DNA of 64,000 bases, taken from Verrucomicrobiia bacterium (GTDB lineage Bacteria; Acidobacteriota; Terriglobia; Bryobacterales; Bryobacteraceae). Under the pieces are notes generated by a model that saw nothing but the letters and a program-made list of their open reading frames with translations, was not told the DNA's origin and ran no database searches. A program made the translations under genes and the position numbers. Position 1 is the stretch's first letter. The number at the start of each line of letters is the position of its first letter. Location: assembly GCA_035578025.1 (NCBI GenBank), contig DATJYJ010000026.1:6983-70982 (forward strand). Reading direction: 5' to 3'. Below, in pieces: positions 50,218-60,193 of the stretch.

Positions 50218-51525
50218 TCAGAATTTCCGTCCCCAGCCTAGGTACGGGTAAAGGTACCCGCTGCCCTTGACCGACTGGCGCATGTAGGCTCCCGCGAACA
50301 CGTCCGCAATGCCTACAGTGACTTGCCCGTATCGCCCGGCGGTCCAGACAAGCTGGGTGTCGGGGCCGGCGCCCACGTGCCGGTTGGTGGCCGCGCGATC
50401 GAGTACGATCCGGTTCCCGGCGGCGTTGTACCACGCGTCGGCGACCGTGGCCAGGTAGAAGTCGCGGTAATCGAGGACCACTTTCACGTTCTTGCGTGCG
50501 TTGAAATCGACGCCCGCGCGCAGGGTACGAAGGTTGCGCCAGGAGAACATCCCGGTGTAGCTGAAGAACGGCTGGTTGTTGCCGTAGAGCAGGTCGAGTG
50601 CGCCGCGCACCCCATCGGCTGGGTTGCCGTCGCCGGGGCCGAAGCTGTATTCCGCGCTGAGACGCGGTTTGTGCGGCGAATCGTTGAAGGTCCATCCGAA
50701 GGTGTAGGTGCCGGCATCGGCGCGGATGCGGTCGGCGGCCCAGGAGCCCCACTGGCGCAGCATTTCCACGCTGTAATCGAAGCGTGTTGCGAACGTGCCG
50801 GCCCATCGCAATCCTCCGGTATACACCACGGCGTTTCCGCGCGAACCCAGCTCGCCGGTGACGCCTTTCACGGTCTTGGCGATGAAGTACGGCTCCACCT
50901 GGCTGTGCGGGACCAGCCTGCTGAAGGTGTTGTAGGAGGTGTAGAAGTGCTCGCCGGGTTTGTGCCGGTCAAACCGGTTGCCGTCGACCTGCACGAAGGA
51001 GCCTGCGATCAGCTCGAAACGAAAGCCGGGACGGAACAGCGCCGTCCGGACCACGTCGAACGACTTGGAAGTATTGCTCCACGGGCCGATCGAGATCACG
51101 CGCGAATTGCCGAAAGCCATCTCCTGGCGTCCGGCCCGCACCATGATGCCGCGGTCGCCGCCCGAATTCAATTCGAGATAGGCCGCGCGCAGATCCAGCG
51201 GATCCTGCATGGTGGCGGGCGGCGTGCCTCCGTAGCCGAGGGCGCGCGTGTCCTGGGTCTCGGCGAACATGGTGAGCCACTTCAAGGGCCGGACAGTGAC
51301 GTTCAGTCGAAGACGCGTGAGCAGGTAGCAGTCCGCGGAGCCGGTCAGAGCGTCCGAGCCCTGGGGCAATTCCAAACGGCCGCGCACCTGGCCGCCGAAC
51401 CTGAGCCAACTCGGCGTATAGGGATCGAGGGGGTGATCGTCGTTGGAGGAGCCTTGAGCGAAGGCAGTGGCAGCCGCAAGCAAAACCGAGACGGCCGCGG
51501 CGCGTTGCACCGCGATTGCGAGCAC
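50218..51525 (-). CDS. Outer-membrane beta-barrel porin, alginate-export (AlgE)-like
   Basis: The start is set at the in-frame GTG at 51525, giving the signal MLAIAVQRAAAVSVLLAAATAFAQG. Contains LRFGGQVRGRLE, alternating barrel strands and a C-terminal ...GWGRKF. Confidence 0.65.
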   Translation of the reverse strand: MLAIAVQRAAAVSVLLAAATAFAQGSSNDDHPLDPYTPSWLRFGGQVRGRLELPQGSDALTGSADCYLLTRLRLNVTVRPLKWLTMFAETQDTRALGYGGTPPATMQDPLDLRAAYLELNSGGDRGIMVRAGRQEMAFGNSRVISIGPWSNTSKSFDVVRTALFRPGFRFELIAGSFVQVDGNRFDRHKPGEHFYTSYNTFSRLVPHSQVEPYFIAKTVKGVTGELGSRGNAVVYTGGLRWAGTFATRFDYSVEMLRQWGSWAADRIRADAGTYTFGWTFNDSPHKPRLSAEYSFGPGDGNPADGVRGALDLLYGNNQPFFSYTGMFSWRNLRTLRAGVDFNARKNVKVVLDYRDFYLATVADAWYNAAGNRIVLDRAATNRHVGAGPDTQLVWTAGRYGQVTVGIADVFAGAYMRQSVKGSGYLYPYLGWGRKF

Positions 51526-51673
51526 GGATCCTACCCACCAATCATATCCGGCTTGCAGGGGCGGTGCGGAACTAAGATAGAAAGATTGTGCATGTGAGAC
51601 TGCTGGCATGGGTTGCGGTGCCGCCCGGGAACACGCGCGTGGTCCGCGAAGCCGAGGCGAGCGAGGTGCTGCG

Positions 51674-52885
51674 TTGACGAACCGTCCTCTGGATGGCATC
51701 CGCGTGCTTGATTTTTCGCACGCGCTGGCCGGACCGTACAGCACGCTGCTGTTGTCGGACTACGGCGCCGAAGTGTACAAACTGGAGGCCCGCGGCGGCG
51801 ACATGGGGCGCGGCTGGGGCCCGCCGTTCGTAGGCGGAATATCGAGCGTCTTTCTGGGGCTGAACCGCGGCAAGCGCGGCATCTCGATCGACATGAAGCA
51901 AGCCGAGGGGATCGAGCTTTGCCTGAGGCTGGTGGACCGCATGGACGTACTGATCGAGAACTTCCGCCCGGGCGCGATGGATCGCCTCGGGTTAGGCTAC
52001 GAGGACCTGCACGCACGGAATCCGCGGCTGGTCTATTGTTCGATCTCGGGGTACGGGCAGAACGGCCCATCGCGAGACGAAGCGGCCATGGACCTGGTGG
52101 TGCAGAGCTCGAGCGGGTTGCTGAGTATCACCGGCACGGAGGAGGGCGAGTCGGTGCGCTGCGGCTATGGCGTGACCGATGTGACTGCGGGCCTGTTTGC
52201 CGCGATCGGGATCCTGTTGGCGCTGCGGACCCGGGACGCGACCGGCGAAGGGCAGTACATCGATGTCTCCATGCTCGACTGCATGGTCTCGACCATGACC
52301 TCGAACTACATGAGCTACCTCGGATCGGGCGTGGTGCCCAAGCCCATGGGAACGGCGTTTCCGACCGTGGTGCCCTATCGCGTGTTTCACGCGCAGGACC
52401 GTGCGCTCGGGATCGCGGTGGGGAGCGAGAAACTGTGGTCGGCGTTCTGCCGGGCGATCGGGCGGCCGGACCTGGAGAAGCACCCCGACTACGACTCCAA
52501 CGCGGCGCGAATCCGCAATCGCGCGGTCCTGGAACCGCTGCTGGATGGCGTGTTCCGCGAGCGGCCGGCGGCGGAGTGGATCGAGAGACTGCGGGCGGCA
52601 GGCATCCCAGTATCGCTGGTGCGCAATTTCCAGGAGGTGGTGGAGCATCCGCAATCCGCCGTGAGGCAGATGTTCCCGGTTTTGGATCACACGACCGCCG
52701 GTCCTCATCGGGTGACGGGAACCCCTGTGAAACTGTCCGCAACTCCTGGCCAGCCGGGCGCCGCGGCGCCGCTGCTGGGCGAGCACACCGTCAGCGCGCT
52801 CCAGGAACTGCTGGGGATGGACGCATCGTCGATCGGCGACCTCGCGGCGCGCGGCGTGATCCTATCCGTCGAGCCCGCGGCCTAA
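51674..52885 (+). CDS. Family III (CaiB/BaiF) CoA-transferase
   Basis: [30 protein letters not shown] is the hallmark N-terminus. The start is probably the TTG at 51674, since the upstream ATG at 51608 adds a non-native-looking extension. Confidence 0.85.
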   Translation: MTNRPLDGIRVLDFSHALAGPYSTLLLSDYGAEVYKLEARGGDMGRGWGPPFVGGISSVFLGLNRGKRGISIDMKQAEGIELCLRLVDRMDVLIENFRPGAMDRLGLGYEDLHARNPRLVYCSISGYGQNGPSRDEAAMDLVVQSSSGLLSITGTEEGESVRCGYGVTDVTAGLFAAIGILLALRTRDATGEGQYIDVSMLDCMVSTMTSNYMSYLGSGVVPKPMGTAFPTVVPYRVFHAQDRALGIAVGSEKLWSAFCRAIGRPDLEKHPDYDSNAARIRNRAVLEPLLDGVFRERPAAEWIERLRAAGIPVSLVRNFQEVVEHPQSAVRQMFPVLDHTTAGPHRVTGTPVKLSATPGQPGAAAPLLGEHTVSALQELLGMDASSIGDLAARGVILSVEPAA

Positions 52886-52892
52886 AGGGGAT

Positions 52893-54191
52893 ATGCTTAC
52901 ACTGCTGGGGTTCGCGACCATCGCCGTTCTGCTGGCGGCAATTCTGAGCCGGAAGATGTCGCCGCTCAGCGCGCTGATCGCGGTGCCGGTTGCGGCCGCG
53001 CTGGCGGGCGGATTCGGATTGAAGACCGCGAGCTTCATGGTAAAGGGCATTCAGAGCGTCGCCGGCGTGGCGGGGATGTTCATTTTCGCCATCCTTTATT
53101 TCGGGATCATGACCGACGCCGGGATGCTCGACCCGATCCTCGATCGCATCTTGCGAGCCGTGGGCGGCAATCCCGTGCGCATTGTGATGGGGACATCGCT
53201 GCTCGCGCTGCTAGTGCACCTCGACGGTTCGGGCGCCGTCACGTTCCTGGTGACGGTCCCAGTGATGCTGCCGCTCTACGACCGGCTGGGGATGGACCGG
53301 CGCGTGTTGGCGTGCGCGGCGTCGCTGGCGGCTGGGGTGAACTTTCTTCCGTGGACCGGCCCGACCATTCGTGCGGCGGCATCCCTGAACGTGCCGGTGA
53401 CGAACATCTTCAATCCGTTGATTCCTGTGCAGGTGGTGGGGCTGGCGTTTGTGCTTGTCTGTGCGTGGTGGCTGGGCAGGCGCGAGGCGCGCCGGCTCGG
53501 GTCGAAGCCCTACGCCGGAAACGGCGCGGTGCTCCAGCGCGAGCTGACGAAAGAAGAGCGCCTGCTGCGGCGGCCGGGGCGAATCGGGATCAATCTGCTG
53601 CTGACGGTGCTGCTGATTGCGGGGATGATCGCCGGGCGCCTGGATCCGGTGGCGGTGTTCATGGTCGGCGTAGTGCTGGCGCTGGCAATCAATTATCCGG
53701 ATCTGCGCGGGCAGCGCGAGCGGATCGACGCTCACGCACGCGAAGCGCTGCTGATGGCGGGAATCCTGCTCGCGGCGGGTGCGTTCACCGGAATTCTGAA
53801 GGAATCGGGTATGCTTGCCGCCATGGCCAAGTCTGCTGTCGCGTTGGCGCCGCATGGATCCGCGCGTCACCTGCCGTTCGTTCTCGGGCTGCTCTCCATG
53901 CCTCTGAGCCTGGTTTTCGATCCCGACTCGTTCTACTTCGGGGTTCTGCCGGTGTTGGCCGAGGCGGGACGCGCATTCGGAATCGCACCGGTCCAGATGG
54001 CGCAAGCCGCCCTGCTGGGCCAGATGACAACCGGGTTTCCGGTCAGCCCGCTGACGCCCGCAACATTCTTGATCGTAGGCCTGGCGGGAATCGAGCTGCG
54101 GGAGCACCAGAAGTTCGCCTTCCCGTTCCTCTTCGCGGCGTCGGTGTTGATGACGCTGGTGGCAGCGGCCATCGGGATTTTCGGGATATAG
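52893..54191 (+). CDS. CitMHS-family citrate/metal-citrate:H+ symporter
   Basis: 432-aa polytopic protein. The N-terminus [33 protein letters not shown] and [17 protein letters not shown] are typical of CitMHS. Confidence 0.8.
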   Translation: MLTLLGFATIAVLLAAILSRKMSPLSALIAVPVAAALAGGFGLKTASFMVKGIQSVAGVAGMFIFAILYFGIMTDAGMLDPILDRILRAVGGNPVRIVMGTSLLALLVHLDGSGAVTFLVTVPVMLPLYDRLGMDRRVLACAASLAAGVNFLPWTGPTIRAAASLNVPVTNIFNPLIPVQVVGLAFVLVCAWWLGRREARRLGSKPYAGNGAVLQRELTKEERLLRRPGRIGINLLLTVLLIAGMIAGRLDPVAVFMVGVVLALAINYPDLRGQRERIDAHAREALLMAGILLAAGAFTGILKESGMLAAMAKSAVALAPHGSARHLPFVLGLLSMPLSLVFDPDSFYFGVLPVLAEAGRAFGIAPVQMAQAALLGQMTTGFPVSPLTPATFLIVGLAGIELREHQKFAFPFLFAASVLMTLVAAAIGIFGI

Positions 54192-54304
54192 GCGCAGGGC
54201 GCCACTGAGCGTCGGCGGACAGACTGAAGCCGGCGGAGGTCTCGTTGACTGTGCGCTGAAGAGCAGAGCTTGCCCGGTACGCGCCGGCGGCCACCAATGT
54301 GGGT

Positions 54305-54751
54305 TTAGTAACTTCCTACCAGCTCCAGGCTGACTCCGCCGGCCGAGTCGGTATCCATGTATGCATACTGCCCCGAGCCGGCTTTCCCACATCGCCCCAC
54401 GCGCCCGATTGATGCACGTGGTAGCCGAGTTTTTCCAACGCCGCGATCGACTTCGACAGGTCATCCACCAGCATTCCGATGTGTTGGATCCCTTCGCTAT
54501 AATGTTTGTTCAGGAAGTCCGCATAGATGTTCGGCGGGCTCGGCGACGGAGAGACCGGAGTACTCGCGAATCTCCGAAAGCCCCATCGCCTCCCATGCCG
54601 GCCCCACCCGGTCGATGTTCTCAACTACCCAAGTCACGCGATTGACGGTCTTGTAGTAGTCCGGCAACTGCGCGGCGCACGGCGGCACCAGCAGGATCCC
54701 GGCAACCAGACAACGAGACAGCAGCACTCGAATCTCCTCCTCGAACATCAT
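54305..54751 (-). pseudogene. VOC/glyoxalase-family gene split over three frames (two apparent frameshifts)
   Basis: Frame 1 reads ...VNRVTWVVENIDRVGPAWEAMGLSEIREYSG. Frame 2 reads PNIYADFLNKHYSEGIQHIGMLVDDLSKSIAALEKLGYHV. Frame 3 reads GKAGSGQYAYMDTDSAGGVSLELVGSY, ending at the stop at 54305. Each piece is a collinear part of a VOC fold. Confidence 0.6.
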
Positions 54752-54802
54752 GTCACGTCACTGTTTCGCCGGATAATGATATCTTCTTATGCAAGGAAGC
54801 GT

Positions 54803-56110
54803 ATGCACCCTGGGATGCGGGTAGTAATGGGGATCGGCGCGGCGATCGGCCTGGCCGCGCAAACGAGGCAGGGCCCCGCCCCTACCTTTGCCAGGGATGT
54901 CGCTCCGCTGCTTCAGCAGAATTGCCAGTCGTGCCATCGGCCCGGCCAGGCGGCGCCATTCCCGCTCCTCAGCTATGAGCAGGCGCGTCCCTGGGCCAAG
55001 GCGATCAAGGAAGCGGTTCTGCAGCGGAAGATGCCGCCCTGGTTCGCGGATCCGCAGTACGGTCATTTCGCGAACAATCCCTCGCTTTCGCGAAGCGACA
55101 TCGACACGCTCGTAAGCTGGGTCGACGGCGGCGCTCCCATGGGCGATCCAAAGGACCTGCCCGCCCCGAAGGAGTTTGTCGCAGGCTGGAGCATTCCCAA
55201 ACCCGACATCGTCTTTCAGATCCCGAAGCCCTTCCGCGTTCCCGCAACAGGCGTTCTCGAGTACCAATACGTCATTATCCCGACCGGGTTTACTCGGGAC
55301 ACCTGGGTCGAGCAGGTGCAGGCCGCACCCACCGACTACAGCGTGGTCCATCACATTGTGGCCTACGTGCGCGTTCCGGGCTCGAACTACTTCAAGGACA
55401 TGCCGAAGAACGAGTTCTTCGAGGCGCCTCCGTCCAAGAGCGAAAGCACAAAAGCGCTGAAAGACGACGTACCGAACGACTGGCTCACCGGTTATGCGCC
55501 CGGCCAACCGCCCGATGTCTTCAAGCCCGGGCAGGCGAAGCTGATTCCCGCGGGCTCGGACATCGTCATGGAGATCCACTACATGCCGGAGGGCAAGGCC
55601 GCGACGGACCAATCGCGGCTTGGCCTGGTGCTCGCCAAACAGCCGCCCACCGAGCGGACCATGACGCTTTCGGCCGGTAACATGTCGTTCAAGATTCCGC
55701 CGGCCGACCCGAACTTTCGCGTGGACGCATCCTTGACCATGCCAGAGGACGTGACGCTTCTCGGCCTTCATCCGCACATGCACATGCGCGGGAAATCCGC
55801 CCAGTATCGGGTGGTCTTCGCCGACGGAAGGACGGAGACCCTGCTCGATGTGCCGCGCTATAACTGGCGCTGGCAGCTCTGGTACGATCTCGCCGAGCCG
55901 GTGAAACTGCCCAAGGGCACGAAGCTCGAATGCACCGAGCACTTCGACAACTCGCAGAACAACCCGGAGAATCCGGACCCGACGAAGACCGTGATCTGGG
56001 GCCAGCAGAGCTTTGACGAGATGATGGTCTGCATGTTCAATGTGGCCTTCGACGCCCGGATCTCCACGACGCAAATGCTCGCACCGGAACGGGCTGCGCC
56101 GGCGCAATGA
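54803..56110 (+). CDS. Heme-c (PSCyt1-like CxxCH) domain fused to a PHM/DBH-like type-II copper monooxygenase domain
   Basis: FARDVAPLLQQNCQSCHRPG, then candidate Cu ligands VVHHIV, EIHYMP, HPHMHMRG and MMVCMF in PHM-like order. The start is uncertain (ATG at 54803 or 54776). Confidence 0.7.
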   Translation: MHPGMRVVMGIGAAIGLAAQTRQGPAPTFARDVAPLLQQNCQSCHRPGQAAPFPLLSYEQARPWAKAIKEAVLQRKMPPWFADPQYGHFANNPSLSRSDIDTLVSWVDGGAPMGDPKDLPAPKEFVAGWSIPKPDIVFQIPKPFRVPATGVLEYQYVIIPTGFTRDTWVEQVQAAPTDYSVVHHIVAYVRVPGSNYFKDMPKNEFFEAPPSKSESTKALKDDVPNDWLTGYAPGQPPDVFKPGQAKLIPAGSDIVMEIHYMPEGKAATDQSRLGLVLAKQPPTERTMTLSAGNMSFKIPPADPNFRVDASLTMPEDVTLLGLHPHMHMRGKSAQYRVVFADGRTETLLDVPRYNWRWQLWYDLAEPVKLPKGTKLECTEHFDNSQNNPENPDPTKTVIWGQQSFDEMMVCMFNVAFDARISTTQMLAPERAAPAQ

Positions 56111-57882
56111 CGATCGCGCGAACGTCAAGCCTGGCAGGGTTCGCGATTGCGTGCGTCCTCGGGCAACCCGTCTCGCGGAACATCCCTACAGGCCGGCAGC
56201 CGATGGCGATCGCGGTTAACGAGACTACGAATCAGGCGTACGTCGTCAACCACAACAGCAGCACGGTGACCGTCATCGATGGAAGGACGCGCACCGCGGT
56301 TGCGACCATCAAGACGGGCGCCGGTCCGGAAGCGGCCGCCGTCAATCCCGTCACGAACCGCGTGTACACCGCAAACTCCGGCGAGAACTCGGTTTCGGTG
56401 ATCGATGGCGCGACTAATGCGGTGATTGCCACGGTACATACCGGCAGTAACTGCAACAACCTCGCGGTGAATCCCACGACGAACAAGATTTACGTGACGA
56501 ACAACTTCGGCCACAGCGTCACGGTGATCGACGGCGCGACCCACGCGACGACCACGGTGCGCGTCGGGCAGGGCCCGCGCGGCATCGCGGCGAATCCGGC
56601 CACCAACAGGATCTACACCGCGAACTATGGCAGCCGGGACTCCACCGAGATCGATGGCGCCACCTATGCCACCACGCCGATCCCCACGGGCAAGCACCCC
56701 TGGGCCATCGCTGCCGACAGCCGCGCCGACAAGATTTATGTCGTCAACGAGGATAGCGCCAGCGTCTCCATCATCGACGGCGCCACCGGCATCGCGAAAA
56801 ACGTAACGGTCGGCGACATCCCCTTCGCGGTCGCGGTGAACCCCGCGGTGAACCGGGCTTACGTTCTCACTTACGCCGCGAGCACGATGGCCGTGATCGA
56901 CGGCCGTACCGGCGTGGTGACCAAAACGGTACAACTGGCGGAGCGCCCTTCGGCGATCGCGGTCAATCGCAATACCAACCAGATCTACATCGCCAATCAG
57001 GCCGCCGGGAACGTGCTGGTGCTCGATGGCGAGACTAATGCCATCCTCGCCACCGTGAAGGCCGGCGTCATTCCTTACGCGATGGCGGTAGATGCGGCCG
57101 CCAACCAGCTATACGTCGCGAACTTCACGAGCGGCGACGCCACGTTGATCGACATTCCGCCAGCAAGTGCCGCATGGCCGCGCGCGCCCAAATTCCGCGC
57201 GGTCGCGCTGGCGGAGCGGGCGAGCGGCGACCATCAGGGATTCGTGGATGCGGCGAAGGTCTACCTGGACAAGCTCGCTGCCGAAAACGATTTTGCGGTC
57301 GACTACATCACCGGCACCGAGCGCATCAATGCGGATTCTCTCGCGCAGTACAAGCTTTTCATCCAGCTCAACTATCCGCCGTATCGCTGGGCGCCGATCG
57401 CGAAACAGGCTTTCGTGGACTACATCACGCAGGGCAAGGGCGGATGGATCGGCTTCCACCACGCAGGCCTGCTCGGCGATTTCGACGGATACCCGATGGA
57501 CCCGTGGTTTTCGGAATTTCTGGGCGGCATCCGCTTCACTCACTACCTGCCGGATTTCGCCAGGGCGACCGTCAGGATTGAGGACCCGGCGAGTCCGCTC
57601 GCTGAAGGACTGCCATCGTCGTTCGTGATCGAGAAGGAAGAATGGTACACGTGGAGCAGGTCGCCGCGCCCGAACGTGCACGTGCTGGCTACTGTCGATG
57701 AGTCCAGTTACGTGCCGAACACCATGATCAAGATGGACGGCGACCATCCGGTCGTCTGGTCGAATCCGCACTACAAGGCGCGCAACGTCTACATCTTCAT
57801 GGGCCATCACGCTGGTCTGTTTGACGATCCGAACTTCGTGCAGTTGTTCCGAAATGCGATCTTCTGGGGGGCTGGCCAGTGA
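56107..57882 (+). CDS. YVTN-repeat beta-propeller fused to a C-terminal ThuA-like domain
   Basis: About seven repeats of the type N.VYV.N..S.SVSVIDG.T. The C-terminal half contains GGWIGFHHAG and DHPVVWSNPHYKARNVYIFMGH. ATGA overlap with the upstream gene. Confidence 0.85.
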   Translation: MTIARTSSLAGFAIACVLGQPVSRNIPTGRQPMAIAVNETTNQAYVVNHNSSTVTVIDGRTRTAVATIKTGAGPEAAAVNPVTNRVYTANSGENSVSVIDGATNAVIATVHTGSNCNNLAVNPTTNKIYVTNNFGHSVTVIDGATHATTTVRVGQGPRGIAANPATNRIYTANYGSRDSTEIDGATYATTPIPTGKHPWAIAADSRADKIYVVNEDSASVSIIDGATGIAKNVTVGDIPFAVAVNPAVNRAYVLTYAASTMAVIDGRTGVVTKTVQLAERPSAIAVNRNTNQIYIANQAAGNVLVLDGETNAILATVKAGVIPYAMAVDAAANQLYVANFTSGDATLIDIPPASAAWPRAPKFRAVALAERASGDHQGFVDAAKVYLDKLAAENDFAVDYITGTERINADSLAQYKLFIQLNYPPYRWAPIAKQAFVDYITQGKGGWIGFHHAGLLGDFDGYPMDPWFSEFLGGIRFTHYLPDFARATVRIEDPASPLAEGLPSSFVIEKEEWYTWSRSPRPNVHVLATVDESSYVPNTMIKMDGDHPVVWSNPHYKARNVYIFMGHHAGLFDDPNFVQLFRNAIFWGAGQ

Positions 57883-58637
57883 GGGGACGCGCCGCTGCCG
57901 CCGCCCTGTGCCTGGTGGCACACGCCGCCGCCCAGCCCGTCCCGCAGCCGCGCGTGCTGCTCTTCTTCTCCCTCAATGTCGAGGCGGATCACGTGCTTTT
58001 CGCCACGGACGCGTTGCGGTTCTTTGCCGAGGTCGCAGACAGGCACGACTTTCGCGTGGAAGCGACGAGTAACTGGGCGGATATGGCGGACGAGAATCTC
58101 AAGCAGTACAAGCTGGTGGTTTGGCTCAACGGCAGTCCTCCGGGCGCACAGCAGCAGGCTTTCCAGCGGTACATGGAGAACGGCGGCGCTTGGCTCGGCT
58201 TCCACGTGTCCGCGTACAACGACCGGAATTCGCGCTGGGAGTGGTTCAAACAATTCATCGGCGGCGGCGCGTTCGGCGTCAACAACTGGCCGCCGCTGCC
58301 CGCCAGGCTCATTGTCGACGACACCGGGAGTCCCGTCACCCGCGGGATTCCGAAGACGTTCGTCGCGCCGGTCAACGAGTGGTACTCGTGGCGGCCGAGC
58401 CCGCGCCTCGACAGGAACGTGCACGTTCTGCTGACCCTCGACCCCGCGCAATACCCACTGGGCATCAAGGGGCTGATCACCAACCAGGACCCCGACGTGC
58501 CGGTAGTCTGGACGAACACGAAGTACAAGATGCTTTATATGAACATGGGTCACGGCGACAAGATCTTCACCAGCGATACGCAGAACAGGCTGATCGAGAA
58601 CGGAATTCTCTGGCTGTTGAGCCGGTCGGACCCTTAG
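57879..58637 (+). CDS. Secreted ThuA-like domain protein
   Basis: GTGA overlap with the upstream gene. Signal peptide, then GGAWLGFHVSAYN and VPVVWTNTKYKMLYMNMGHG, paralogous to the C-terminal half of the upstream protein. Confidence 0.85.
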   Translation: MRGRAAAAALCLVAHAAAQPVPQPRVLLFFSLNVEADHVLFATDALRFFAEVADRHDFRVEATSNWADMADENLKQYKLVVWLNGSPPGAQQQAFQRYMENGGAWLGFHVSAYNDRNSRWEWFKQFIGGGAFGVNNWPPLPARLIVDDTGSPVTRGIPKTFVAPVNEWYSWRPSPRLDRNVHVLLTLDPAQYPLGIKGLITNQDPDVPVVWTNTKYKMLYMNMGHGDKIFTSDTQNRLIENGILWLLSRSDP

Positions 58638-58656
58638 TTCATCCGGAGGGGTTTTG

Positions 58657-58701
58657 TGGTGCGCCCGGACAGATTCGAACTGCCGACCTTCTGGTTCGTA
58701 G
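58657..58701 (-). pseudogene. tRNA-Arg(ACG) 3' remnant (anticodon loop through CCA); no 5' half
   Basis: The minus strand reads CTACGAA CCAGA AGGTC GGCAG TTCGAAT CTGTC CGGGCGC A CCA. These are the anticodon loop, 3' anticodon stem, variable loop, complete T arm, 3' acceptor strand, discriminator and CCA. The upstream 5 nt (CATGC) do not pair with CCAGA. No GCGCCCG 5' acceptor was found within 100 nt. Confidence 0.7.
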
Positions 58702-59529
58702 GCATGCAATCGGCTCGTATCTTATTGATAGTTATGCCTGGGATCATGTCGTTTGAGGCGAATACGCGGCGAACAAACGCAGCAATTGATGAAGGGTTGA
58801 TGAAAGGTACGTCAGACACCGCCTCCCCAAATCATTTTTGCTGCCTTCCTTCCCCCGCGCTCGGCGCGCGCGAGCCTTGGGCTCAAAGAAGACGACCCGA
58901 TCTAGAATTCCCATACGGTCAAGAGCATTCACCCTACTGACGTGCATTACGCCCCGAGAGACTCACGAGGCCGGGAGGGCAAATATTCTCGGATTAATTC
59001 AAATGCTCGTCTGTGGCGCGGAGCCTGTCTCGAACCCGTCAGCCCGTCGGAACAAATTCGAGGCGCTGCCGCAGCGAGTGATCGACACTTGACCTTCATC
59101 CTGTCATCAGGATGCGGACCAACTCACGCGCGTCGAATCGAGTACCAGTCTGTCCGCCTCCTCCATGGATTACCGAAAATGGGCAACCCATCCCTGCGGC
59201 CGGCGCTCCCACAGGCTTGTGAGTCCGACAAGAATCCATAAAGACTGGGCAGCTATCACTTCATCATTGTTTCTTCGCACCGAGGGCGACCGGTCGCTGG
59301 GCAATGCGATTGCTGGAAGCAGGCAACTTCGATTCTGGAGTCTTGGCACGTGGTTCGGCAGTGCTGCACGGGACCCGACCCAGGCAACAATTCTTGGAAT
59401 TCTTAGCGAAAGAGGAGTCAAGTCGATGTTGCTGCGGGCGCGATCACCTGAGTTGCTGGCGGCACCTGAAAGAACCTGTCGCGTGCGGCGGGATCCGAAA
59501 TCCTCTGAAGGACTAGGGCATAAATAAGC

Positions 59530-59913
59530 CGTAGGCATGAAACCGATCTACGTTTTGGCGCACAAAGCGACGCTCCCGCCACCGGCGTGCCGCGCGACCG
59601 GAATCTTGGCCACGAATGATTCGATCAGTCCGGTGTTCGCTTTCGAGTGACTCCGCGGGAATACGCGCGCAGTTCACCTTTACGAAAGGCCGGCCTCCTG
59701 CGGTCGCTATGCATGTGGATGGCGCGCGCGATGAATTCCTTTTCGGCCCGTCTCGCCGCCAATGAGCACCGTGGCATCGGTGGCCGCGACCAAACGAACT
59801 TGAGGTAGGGTGGCGCGTACCGCTTCGCTTGATCCGACGATTCCTTCAAATCCGTCCGAATAGCGGTCGTGCTCGGACGTTGCGAACTCGCTCGGTTCGA
59901 TCCGACTCCCCAA
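59530..59913 (-). pseudogene. Relic of a sigma-54-dependent transcriptional activator (AAA+ EBP domain), multiply frameshifted
   Basis: Pieces in three frames: FEGIVGSSEAVRATLPQVRLVAATDATVLIGGETG, then KEFIARAIHMHSDRR, then PFVKVNCARIPAESLESE. These match the Walker A region and following segment of EBPs. No intact ORF exists. Confidence 0.65.
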
Positions 59914-60193
59914 CTCTGACCGAATCGGCTCGCCAGGAAAAGGTTTGAAAAGGTCCCGAAGTCAATCACTGATTCGTGCCGTCGCGCGGTGTGAAACGTC
60001 CTGGTCTGCGGCGACCTGGAAGGGGAGAGCAATCCGCGATGCTCAGGTGCGACCTTAAGAGCCGGGCGGACTGCTCGAACTACCAAAAAAAGCCAGATCA
60101 ACAAGCCCGCGAATGGCAGTATCTGCCATGCCCCGGGGATCGACATATGCGTAACCATGGTGTCCGTACAGGAACGCGGTTGCGTCGGAGAGT

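Noticed and set aside
58657-58740. Full-length tRNA-Arg gene
   Set aside because: The sequence 5' of the anticodon loop (CATGC...) cannot form the anticodon stem. No D arm or GCGCCCG 5' acceptor strand is present, so it is called a remnant only.
58634-58819. 61-aa minus-strand ORF containing QKVGSSNLSGRTT
   Set aside because: That peptide is simply the translation of the tRNA T-arm/acceptor remnant. It is not a gene.
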